From Planctomycetota bacterium (GTDB lineage Bacteria > Planctomycetota > Phycisphaerae > SM23-33), in contig JACRIL010000152.1 in assembly GCA_016235825.1 (NCBI GenBank), positions 53,414 through 117,413 on the forward strand: a stretch of 64,000 nt of DNA, written 5' to 3'. Position 1 is the first letter of the stretch. Every line of letters starts with the position of its first letter. Made by a program: the position numbers and the translations under genes. Shown here piece by piece: positions 55,954 through 64,000 of the stretch. The notes below the pieces were generated by a model that did not search any database, was not told the DNA's origin, and saw nothing but the letters and a program-made list of their open reading frames with translations.

Positions 55954-57639
55954 CTAATCTCCTGTCCCAAGCTGGGTTTTGATGATCTTGTCGAGTTTTC
56001 CGGCCAGTTCCTGGTCGGACTGCGTTATGGATGCCAGAATGCCCGTCAGGTCGGTTACCTGAAGGATGACGACCTCGCTGCCGGCGGTCTGGGCGCTCGC
56101 CGTGCCGCGATAGTCGGCCACTTCAAACTTGATCTCCACTTTGTCGCCCTTTTCCAACTCCAGCGGTTGGAGCGGCAGGTCGAACCAGCCGGCCAGTTCG
56201 GCGGGGTGCTTGCCGGGTTTTATCACGTCCTGCCCGGATTTTTTCCGGGTTCCGTCGGCCTTCACCACCTCGATATTCGCGGTTATCCTGCCGATGGCGA
56301 AGTCGTCCTGCGCCTGGTAGCGTATCTTCGGCGCGGCGGTCGGCAGGACCATCTGCGTCACGCAGGCGGCGCCGATCCGCGGCGGCTGGTCGGACCTGAC
56401 CTCCACCGACCCGCAGATCGGGGCCGGCAGGTTCAGCCCGTCAACGTCCACAACCTGAATCTCGAACTGCACGGACCTGGAGATCGAGTTGAGCGGAGAG
56501 TTTTGAGGATCGCACTGCCAGTTGCCGCCCGAACGCAGCAGGGGGTAATTGTTGTTGTCGGCCGTCAGGGTCGCCGACCTGAGTTCCTTGTCGCCGGTCA
56601 GCCGCAGGGAAACGCCGGAACCCTCGACCGCGACGGCCCGCAGGCCCTTGACCTGGCTGGGATTTTTGGCCGCGGCGTATTCCGGCGGGCTGATCTGCAT
56701 GTCCAGGCTGACGACCGGCGGCGGAATCAATTTCAGTATCATCGGGTCAGTCGTGTCGTCGCCGATCTTAAGCACGTATTCCATCTCATCCAGCGCCCGA
56801 TCCAGCACGCCGGAATACAGATGGCGGTCAGCCTGCGAGGGCCTCATGTCGATAACCGCCTTGGCGCCCGATTTGACGGCAGTCAGTTCCACCTGCCCCC
56901 CTTCGGGCAGGTCGCCGGAGGCAACATCGACCAGGGCGGAGAATTCCACGCTCCTGCCGTAGCCGGCCTTGCCGCCGGGGCTCAGCACTTTCCGGATTAT
57001 GGTCCTGGTCGGATATTTGGCGTCCATCATGGCCATCCGCTTCAGGAAGGCGGACATGTGATTGGGGTAAAGAATCGCCGGGATGAGGAAGGCCAGCATG
57101 GTGGCCAGCAGGATCGTCCCTGACCGGCGCATCGGCCCGCGGTCGAAGCCCTCGAGGAAGTTGAGACTTTCAGACGCCTCGGCCGTGCAGTCCACGACCG
57201 ACTGCCGCAGGTCATGCGAGCCGAACTGCCGGCGCGATTCGTCGCTGAACTGGATCGCGGCCACAAGATCGCTGGCCAGGCCCTGCTTCTGCTCGACGAG
57301 CATCGCAAGTTCAATGTCGTCCTCGCGGATCCCGAAGACCGGCCTGAGGAATCGCCAGACGCCCCATGCGCCGCCGGCAAGCACGACGCACAGAGTTACG
57401 ATCCGCTCCAGCAGTCTCATATGGAGCGTAACGTCCAGGGCGAAGGCGGCCAGCATCAGCCAGACGAAGACCGACGCCGTCAGGGCCGCCGCCGCCCCGA
57501 GCCTGACGCCCGCGCGGTGGCGCCGGACCTGGGCCAGTCCGCGGTACATCGGACCGAGTTGAATTATGCCAGGTTTATCCATTTCCTCACTGCCCATTCG
57601 CCCAGCATCAGCGTTACCACCAGTATAAGGCATAGCCAT
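55954..57639 (-). CDS. Integral membrane protein of the MoxR/vWA operon (function unknown)
   Basis: 561 aa, N-terminal TM helices (LTASVFVWLMLAAFALDVTL; IVTLCVVLAGGAWGVW; ILLATMLAFLIPAILYP), large extracytoplasmic C-domain; 4-nt overlap with downstream gene. Confidence 0.4.
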   Translation of the reverse strand: MAMPYTGGNADAGRMGSEEMDKPGIIQLGPMYRGLAQVRRHRAGVRLGAAAALTASVFVWLMLAAFALDVTLHMRLLERIVTLCVVLAGGAWGVWRFLRPVFGIREDDIELAMLVEQKQGLASDLVAAIQFSDESRRQFGSHDLRQSVVDCTAEASESLNFLEGFDRGPMRRSGTILLATMLAFLIPAILYPNHMSAFLKRMAMMDAKYPTRTIIRKVLSPGGKAGYGRSVEFSALVDVASGDLPEGGQVELTAVKSGAKAVIDMRPSQADRHLYSGVLDRALDEMEYVLKIGDDTTDPMILKLIPPPVVSLDMQISPPEYAAAKNPSQVKGLRAVAVEGSGVSLRLTGDKELRSATLTADNNNYPLLRSGGNWQCDPQNSPLNSISRSVQFEIQVVDVDGLNLPAPICGSVEVRSDQPPRIGAACVTQMVLPTAAPKIRYQAQDDFAIGRITANIEVVKADGTRKKSGQDVIKPGKHPAELAGWFDLPLQPLELEKGDKVEIKFEVADYRGTASAQTAGSEVVILQVTDLTGILASITQSDQELAGKLDKIIKTQLGTGD

Positions 57640-59984
57640 GTATTCCAGACGGCAAATCTTCGCTCGATCATCTGTTCATACTGCGGCGCGGCGATATCCG
57701 CCGCCAGTTTGTTTACGTCGGCCAGGTCGTAGGCCTTTCCGCCGGTCAGGCCCGCCAGCGACTGCTGAAGGGCCGAATCCATCACGGCGTTGCGTCGTTC
57801 GGCCGTTACGGGGGCCACCTGGAAGCCGACCTCGACGTCCTGCGACGTTACCGGGTCGCGGACCAGAAGGCGGTGCTGGCCGGTCGTGAAGACCGGCAGC
57901 ATCGTCTCGAAGACCACCTTGTCGCGCCCCAGCGGGATGGATATGGGCGACTGGCCCTTGAGGCTCGTTCCGGCCTCGTCAAACTGCATCAGCTTGCCGT
58001 CCAGCTTCGCCGTTTCGAGCGGCTCGAAATTGGCGTTGTACGCCTCCGCGGTAACCCGCACCTTGTCGCCTGCCTGGTAGATGCGCCTGTCGGTCTCGAC
58101 GACGAACCGCTTCTGGGAACCCAGGGCACGGCCAAGGCCCAGCCGGTAGATCAACTGCCCCCAGAACTGCCGGTAATATTTTTCGCCGTATTTTTTCCTC
58201 AGCCGCCACATCTCGTTGAAGCCAAGGTATATGACCTCGCCCTTGCCGAACTTGCGGGCGACGATGAGCGGCTGGGGCGTCTGGCCGTCGGAGCATTTCT
58301 CGCTGGGATGGACCGCCAGCACGGTGGCCAGCGGATGCGGCCTCAAAACCGGCTGATACCACGGCATGCCGGACATGTTCGCCCATGCTTTGCGGTTGTC
58401 CTGCTCGTTGGCGCCGAGGTTCATGAAATCGAACTGTTTGGCCTGCGGGGTGAGTTTCAGGGCGAACTCCGACGCGTCGTGCAGCGCGGCCGCAGGATCG
58501 GGCACTACGGGAAGCATCTGGGCGAGTTTCGTGTTGGCCAACTGGCTTGGCCCGAACTGCGGACCCGATATGATGACAAGCCCCCCGCCGAACTTGCCGA
58601 CGTATTCCAAAAGCATGTCCTGAACCTGGGTGGTCAGCATGTTGGCCGGCACGTCGCCCAGGAAGATGACGTCGTTGCTGAAGAAGTCGCTCCTGGAGCC
58701 GGCCGGCGAATCCAGGTATATCTCGCCGGCCTGCCGGACCTTCATGTCGGACGATCGCAGGAAGGTCTTGAAGCCCTGTTTTCCCACCAGCGGATCGCGA
58801 TAGAAGACCTCCTTCACGAACCGCCATTCCCAGTTCGGCTCGTATTCGATGTATTCGAGCTTGAGGCACTGGTCCTGGATGTTCACCTCGCGGCGGGCGA
58901 CGTTGTTCTCGACGAGCACCTCGTCGGGGAACGGCTCGACCTTGACCTCCAGGGCGAACTTGCCGACCTCCGCGGGCTTGAACGGAATGTTGACCGTGCA
59001 GCGGGGGGAATCCAGCGAAACAGGAATGGGCTGAACGAGCGACCGCGGGGCCGACTGGGCCTCCGCAGAGCCGAGCTTGCGGCCCAGAAGCTGCACCTGT
59101 GCGCCCCTGCCCGTCAGGCCGGACTGGCGGATGTGTGCGACGATGTCCACCCGCTCGTCCTTCTTGAGGACCAGCGGCGACTGCATCTCGACGGCCAGAT
59201 CGACCACCTCGGGCGGGCCGATGCCCACGGCGTAAATAGGCGAGGCCAGCTTCTGGGCGCAGGGCGCGGCCGGAGCGCCGGCGTTCTGGTCGAAGTCGCT
59301 GAAGAAAACCACCCCGGCCAGCTTGCCGGCGCCGTGCCTGCGGAACAAATCCTCGATGCCGCCGCCGACGGCGGTTACCGTGCCGTCGGCCTTGATCTGC
59401 GAGGCCATGAACTGCCCGTCGGGATGAATGGGGCTGGACTTGCTGATGTCTATCTGGCGGAGCTGGTCGGGCTGGTCCAGCACGTAGGCCCGCAGCCGGT
59501 ACTCTTTGGCCAGGTCGCCCAGGAACGTGTTGTTTCCGTTGGCCAGGACGCCCTTGAGCAGTTCGAGCCTGCTCGGCGGCTGCGACGACTGGGCCGCGGC
59601 CTGACCCGCAGCGCCCTCCAGCTTTTTGAGCGATTCGGGCGAAAGTTTGTCGCGGATGTTCATGCTGTCCGTGCCGTCGAAGACGATCGCCACTATCGAG
59701 TTGGACCGCTCGACGGTCTTGAGCACGACGATCGGCTCGGCCAGGATGAGAACCAGCAGCACCAGCAGGGCCAGCCTCGCCGCGGCGACAAATACCCGCC
59801 ATTTCATGCTCGCCTGCGGCTGGTAGCGGAAATAAAATATGATCGCTATCGCAGCAACGGCAAGACACCCGAACAGCAGCAGCGCAGGATATTTCGCCGC
59901 CCAGACGGCGGTGAATTTCAGTTCCAGGCCCCTGATGTGCCTCAGATCGTCCACTCCGATCAGCCTGCCAAGCCATTCGGTCAT
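57564..59984 (-). CDS. vWA-domain membrane protein (BatA/BatB-like)
   Basis: 806 aa; N-terminal TM helices then MIDAS IVAIVFDGTDSMN; operon context with MoxR/DUF58. Confidence 0.5.
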   Translation of the reverse strand: MTEWLGRLIGVDDLRHIRGLELKFTAVWAAKYPALLLFGCLAVAAIAIIFYFRYQPQASMKWRVFVAAARLALLVLLVLILAEPIVVLKTVERSNSIVAIVFDGTDSMNIRDKLSPESLKKLEGAAGQAAAQSSQPPSRLELLKGVLANGNNTFLGDLAKEYRLRAYVLDQPDQLRQIDISKSSPIHPDGQFMASQIKADGTVTAVGGGIEDLFRRHGAGKLAGVVFFSDFDQNAGAPAAPCAQKLASPIYAVGIGPPEVVDLAVEMQSPLVLKKDERVDIVAHIRQSGLTGRGAQVQLLGRKLGSAEAQSAPRSLVQPIPVSLDSPRCTVNIPFKPAEVGKFALEVKVEPFPDEVLVENNVARREVNIQDQCLKLEYIEYEPNWEWRFVKEVFYRDPLVGKQGFKTFLRSSDMKVRQAGEIYLDSPAGSRSDFFSNDVIFLGDVPANMLTTQVQDMLLEYVGKFGGGLVIISGPQFGPSQLANTKLAQMLPVVPDPAAALHDASEFALKLTPQAKQFDFMNLGANEQDNRKAWANMSGMPWYQPVLRPHPLATVLAVHPSEKCSDGQTPQPLIVARKFGKGEVIYLGFNEMWRLRKKYGEKYYRQFWGQLIYRLGLGRALGSQKRFVVETDRRIYQAGDKVRVTAEAYNANFEPLETAKLDGKLMQFDEAGTSLKGQSPISIPLGRDKVVFETMLPVFTTGQHRLLVRDPVTSQDVEVGFQVAPVTAERRNAVMDSALQQSLAGLTGGKAYDLADVNKLAADIAAPQYEQMIERRFAVWNTWLCLILVVTLMLGEWAVRKWINLA

Positions 59985-62482
59985 TTGTCCCTTCTGAACA
60001 GCAGGAGTTTGTTGCCGCTCAGGAAGAACATCTCCAGCAGCAGCAACAGCAGGCAGACGGCTATCAGGTACTTCCAGAAGTTAAAACCCACGAACGATGC
60101 GCCCCTCAGGCTGATCGACTCGTCCGCGCCGACCCAGTTATAGGAGTCTTGCGGCATTTTCCGGGCCAATTCGTCCCTGGTCAGTTGGGTGAGGTCGCCT
60201 TCCTGTCCGGGCCCGTTGATCGCCATGAGCATCTGCCAGTCTTCCCGGCCCTGCTTGACCTGGTCCGCGGAATCAGCCAGGTTTGGGTCCTGTTTCTGGT
60301 TCTGCCGGACGATCTTGTATATGCCCCGCTGCATTATGGATCGTATCCGCAGGCCATATGTCTGGCTGCCCAGGGCCTCCACCCGCAGCGGCGAGGGATC
60401 CTTCTGGCCGGGGCGCAGGAGCTGGAACGCCGCGCCCTGGTCGGCCTGGTCGATCGGGATGGTTATCTCGTTGACGTTGTCCACGTTGCGGTCGGGCAGG
60501 CTGGCCGTCAGCAGCGACCTGAGCATGTTGTCCAGGACAAGCACACAGTGCTCGACGGCCATGTTGTTCCAGAGCGGATAACAGCCGCTTGTCATGAATA
60601 TGACCTGGCCGCCGCCGATTTTCCGCCTGACGGCGAATGCCTCGCCGTTTTCGTATTTTCCCATGATCTGCGGCTGGGCCATCCCGACGAGCTGCTCGAC
60701 GGTATAGGATGACGGATCGCGGGCCATGGGGTTCTGCCAGGTAAGCCAGTTGGGTATTTTCGACCGGCGGTCATTGCGCTCCTGCTGGCGTTTGGCCGCC
60801 TCATCGGGCGTCAGTTTGTTCCGGCTTTCCATCTCGGCCCAGAGGCGCTCGTTGTCTTCATACTGTGTCAGCCATTTGCGGCGTTCCTCGACTCTGGCCT
60901 TTTCCAGCCTGGACAGTTCGGTCAGCGGCTCCGGATCGATGGCGGCAGCCTTGAAGAAAAAGGCCCGGCCCAGCATCTCTTCAAGCAGTTCCTTGGGCAT
61001 GTCCATGTTGAAAACGGGGTCTTTCAGGCTGTTTAACGCCAGATGGAAGACGGCCGGCTCGCCCTGGTCGTTGGCGCCAGGCAATTGGCCGATGAATTGG
61101 GGCTTCAGCGGGGCCGGCAGTATCCCCGCTCCGTCCAGCCAGGCGGCGCCGGTCCATGCGCCCGGGTCAAAATCGCCCCCGGCCGCGATGAAGACCAGCC
61201 CGCCCTGCTCGACGTATTCGCGAAGCAGTTTCACCGCCTGGGCCGAGGGTTCCTTCACGCCGGCGACGACGACCAGCCTGGCCTCGCGAAGCTGATCCAT
61301 CGCCATCTCGCCCATTTTGCAATGAACGACGGTGATGAGCTGGCCTGAGGCTTCGTCCTTTTTCGCCGGTCCTGGCGCAAGCAGCCGGCGGAGCGGATAG
61401 GTCTCGCCGTAACGGCTGGCCTGGGGGTCTTCGTCCTGCCCGAGCTGGTCGATAAAGACCACAGGCACGCCGGACGCGACCGGCGCGATTGTCGAGCGGT
61501 AATCGTCAAAAGGCAGATGATCGGGCGCCAGTTCGAGGGTAACCGGCACGTAGAGCGGTTTTCGGCTCGTGCCGGCCACGTCGAACCTGTGCCTGAATTT
61601 CAACTGCATGAACTGCCCCGGCTGCACGTCCAGGAACCGCTCCTCGACGACCACGTTATTGACCTTCAGGCTCGCGCGGAGATTTTTGCGGGGCTCGGGT
61701 CCCTCGTGGCGGACGGTGGCCAGTATCACGGCCTGGCTCCGGCCGTCCACTATGCCGTCGCGCAGGCGCAGGTCGCTTATCCATGTGTTCGACAGCCCCG
61801 GCGACGACACGACGGCCAGTTGAACCTGCGGCATGTCCTTGAACGACTCGGCGAAACTGGCCTGCGACCACGTGAGCCTCTGCATGTCCGTGACGAAAAC
61901 CACCCTCTTGTTAGGCAGGTCGCTGGCCTCCCTGATCGCCCTTCTGGCAAGTTCGGCCGCCTCGGCCGCGCTGGCCGCGCGGTCGGCAAGCTCGATCTGG
62001 TCCAGGGCCTCGCAGGCGTCCTCCTTTGTCATGTAAGCGCCCTTGACCTGCCAGTCGGAACTGGAACAGGAAGGCAGAATCGAAATTTGAGACCCCGAAG
62101 GCATCTGGTCGTTTATCAGGCTCTTTACCTTAGCCTTGGCCAGATCGAGGCAGGTCTTGTCAAGCTGTGAATAGCCCATCGACAGGCTGTTATCCACGAC
62201 TATCACCGCGTGCACCGGATGATCTCCGGATGACGACTGCCCGGCGGCCCAGTAAGGCCTGGCCATCGCCAGCACGAACAGAAGCACCACGAGCGTTCGC
62301 AGAATCAGCAGCAGCAGATCCTTGATCTGGAGGATTTTGCGGTTTTTCCTGATGGCTTGGCGCAGAAAATCCATCGCCGCCCATTCGAGCGTCATGAACC
62401 GCCTGCGGTTGAGCAGGTGGATTATCACCGGTCCGGCTGCAACCGCCAGGGCGCCCAGAAATGTCGCGGCAAGAAAGTTCAT
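59981..62482 (-). CDS. Aerotolerance-regulator BatA N-terminal domain + vWA-domain protein
   Basis: 833 aa; N-terminus MNFLAATFLGALAVAAGPVIIHLLNRRRF (BatA_N-like P..IHLL.RRR) and MIDAS AVIVVDNSLSMGY. Confidence 0.6.
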   Translation of the reverse strand: MNFLAATFLGALAVAAGPVIIHLLNRRRFMTLEWAAMDFLRQAIRKNRKILQIKDLLLLILRTLVVLLFVLAMARPYWAAGQSSSGDHPVHAVIVVDNSLSMGYSQLDKTCLDLAKAKVKSLINDQMPSGSQISILPSCSSSDWQVKGAYMTKEDACEALDQIELADRAASAAEAAELARRAIREASDLPNKRVVFVTDMQRLTWSQASFAESFKDMPQVQLAVVSSPGLSNTWISDLRLRDGIVDGRSQAVILATVRHEGPEPRKNLRASLKVNNVVVEERFLDVQPGQFMQLKFRHRFDVAGTSRKPLYVPVTLELAPDHLPFDDYRSTIAPVASGVPVVFIDQLGQDEDPQASRYGETYPLRRLLAPGPAKKDEASGQLITVVHCKMGEMAMDQLREARLVVVAGVKEPSAQAVKLLREYVEQGGLVFIAAGGDFDPGAWTGAAWLDGAGILPAPLKPQFIGQLPGANDQGEPAVFHLALNSLKDPVFNMDMPKELLEEMLGRAFFFKAAAIDPEPLTELSRLEKARVEERRKWLTQYEDNERLWAEMESRNKLTPDEAAKRQQERNDRRSKIPNWLTWQNPMARDPSSYTVEQLVGMAQPQIMGKYENGEAFAVRRKIGGGQVIFMTSGCYPLWNNMAVEHCVLVLDNMLRSLLTASLPDRNVDNVNEITIPIDQADQGAAFQLLRPGQKDPSPLRVEALGSQTYGLRIRSIMQRGIYKIVRQNQKQDPNLADSADQVKQGREDWQMLMAINGPGQEGDLTQLTRDELARKMPQDSYNWVGADESISLRGASFVGFNFWKYLIAVCLLLLLLEMFFLSGNKLLLFRRDK

Positions 62483-62508
62483 CCGTGGTTATCGCTCCCG
62501 GGAGCCTG

Positions 62509-63723
62509 TCACTGGCCGGCCTGCGATCTGCTTTTGGCCAGCGAGTCGGCGGGCGCCTCCTGAAGGATAGGCAGAAACCTGTTCGGTATGGTAAGGACAA
62601 AGACGGCGACCGCGGTCGCATACGGATTTCCATAATTCGCCTGCCAGGATCCATTTTGTTCCGACCTGTTCCTGCCGCCGCGAATTTGAGTCCTGGCCAC
62701 ATTGTCGCGGATGATCGGGTAGTATTGCCTCCAGTATTTCCCCCCGACCTGATAAAGCGCCTGGGTCAGATAATATAAGGTATAGGGATCCAAAGGCAGG
62801 GAATCTTTTGAAGCAGCCATTTTTTCCTTCATGGTTTGTTCGGCGTCTTTCGTGGCCTCGTACAGGCTGCGGATAATGCGAAAATCGTCGTACTGGCCGA
62901 ACTCCTGGAGACAGACAGCTCCGGCCGACGCCATGGCTATCGACGGTTTGCCTCCGGCGTTACCCTGGTATGTAAATCTGCCCGAAAACTTTTCGTCTCC
63001 CGATTCGGAAAGCCCCAGCAACAGGGCCTTGCCGTCCGAGACCCGTTCTTTTATCCAATAATGTTTCCTGACCTTGGCGATGGCCAGCTTTATCGTCTGC
63101 TGGGGTATGTCCAGGCCGATGTCCATCGCGCCGCGAAGCGCCTTGGCCTGCATCACGACCAGCGACAGGTCCCCGCCGTGTGAGGGAACAGCCTGGTAAC
63201 TCCAGCCGCCGTCATTTCCCTGTATGACGCAGATGAGCTTTATCGCCTTGTCAAGGGCCTTGCCGATCTTGGGGTCCCTCGTCATGCCGTAGGCCTGGGT
63301 AAGCACAAAGGTGCTCAGCCCATGATTGTACATGTCGTGTTGCGCCTCGGCGATGTTCAGCAGGCCGGAGGGCTTGGCGTTGGAGATCACGTAGTCAAGG
63401 GCCTTGCGGACGTTGTGGCCATACTTTCCTTTGTCCGGCGTATAGCCTGCTGAAAGAAAAGCCAAGGCCCCCATGGAAACCAACCCAAGCTCCCTGCAAT
63501 TCCAGTTGCCTTGCGGCCCCTGATTTTTAGCCAGCCATTCAAGTCCGAGTTCGACGGCTTTGGCGCTTTCCGGCGTGATCTCCCATTCCTCGTCGCCGGA
63601 AGGACCGGCGGCCGCATTCGCGGGTGCGGCAGGGACAGGCTGCTGGCCTTGTCCGGCGGCGCAGAACAACACCGCCGCGACCGTCAGCATCAGCCCGATG
63701 GTCCCAATCGCCGTTTTTCCCAT
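62509..63723 (-). CDS. Secreted prenyltransferase/squalene-oxidase-repeat (terpenoid-cyclase-like alpha/alpha-toroid) protein
   Basis: Start at internal ATG 63723 (MGKTAIGTIGLMLTVAAVLFCAAG signal); repeated QGNWN / QGNDGGWSYQ / EQNGSWQANYG motifs typical of the Q-W (PFTB/SQHop-cyclase) repeat. Confidence 0.5.
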   Translation of the reverse strand: MGKTAIGTIGLMLTVAAVLFCAAGQGQQPVPAAPANAAAGPSGDEEWEITPESAKAVELGLEWLAKNQGPQGNWNCRELGLVSMGALAFLSAGYTPDKGKYGHNVRKALDYVISNAKPSGLLNIAEAQHDMYNHGLSTFVLTQAYGMTRDPKIGKALDKAIKLICVIQGNDGGWSYQAVPSHGGDLSLVVMQAKALRGAMDIGLDIPQQTIKLAIAKVRKHYWIKERVSDGKALLLGLSESGDEKFSGRFTYQGNAGGKPSIAMASAGAVCLQEFGQYDDFRIIRSLYEATKDAEQTMKEKMAASKDSLPLDPYTLYYLTQALYQVGGKYWRQYYPIIRDNVARTQIRGGRNRSEQNGSWQANYGNPYATAVAVFVLTIPNRFLPILQEAPADSLAKSRSQAGQ

Positions 63724-64000
63724 ATTTGACCTTTCCGGATATTTTCCGCTTTTTCGGATATATCTGTAATTGGCCGCTGTCCGGTAAAGGTTACGCTGAA
63801 AAACCGGAAGTTCACTCCGCAAGTTCGACCACGCCCCAGAGCGCCGGCCTGCGGTAGGCGTTTTCAACGTCTTTGTCGCGAAAGAACTGCTCCATCGCCT
63901 TGCCGTTGTTGTCCAGCGCGAAGTTAAGTCCCATCATGGCGCCGACCTGCATTTTAGCCGGTTCCAGCACTCTGGCGGGAATGAAGAATTCCAGCGAGTA

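Overview
This is a high-GC (~65%) bacterial chromosomal segment with several sharply lower-GC islands. The gene content points to a Planctomycetota/PVC-like organism: a free-standing tRNA-Ile(GAU)/tRNA-Ala(UGC) pair with no rRNA, many secreted proteins carrying Pro/Ala/Ser linkers, a heparinase II/III-like lyase, tandem glycosidase paralogs, and a MoxR-DUF58-vWA (Bat-like) operon.

Positions 1 to ~16019 are the right-hand portion of a prophage-like integrative element inserted at the 3' end of tRNA-Ala. It carries a tyrosine integrase, an hicB/hicA-like pair, a TerB-like/bPH/HNH nuclease, an XRE repressor in an AT-rich patch, an excisionase-like HTH and an SLT-domain protein. It also carries a recombination module: a Sak4/AAA_24 ATPase, a Cas4-like PD-(D/E)XK nuclease, a Dam-like methylase, RusA and a DUF4406 protein.

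The most interesting locus is a translationally coupled three-gene island at ~22.4-27.4 kb whose GC drops to ~45% at its left end. It encodes a triple winged-helix protein, a 681-aa P-loop ATPase, and a 671-aa fusion of a Cas4-like Fe-S PD-(D/E)XK nuclease with an FtsK/SpoIIIE-family motor. The island abuts a truncated AraC-type HTH fragment. I could not assign it to any defence or mobilisation system I know, so I flag it as a candidate undescribed system.

Housekeeping genes include dnaX, fcl, tatC, trpG/pabA, xerC/D-type recombinase, corA-like, an ABC exporter, an acyltransferase_3, an esterase, an ArnT/PMT-family glycosyltransferase and a second hicBA pair.

Other oddities are: a 2.3-kb tandem gene duplication; a structured inverted-repeat element next to the tRNAs; a MITE-like pair of ~78-nt inverted repeats with compensatory hairpin changes; a secreted Gly/aromatic/His-rich low-complexity protein; and 15-bp coding tandem repeats giving (DQANQ)n.

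No CRISPR array or rRNA was found. All calls rest on motif recognition by eye, since no database search was possible.
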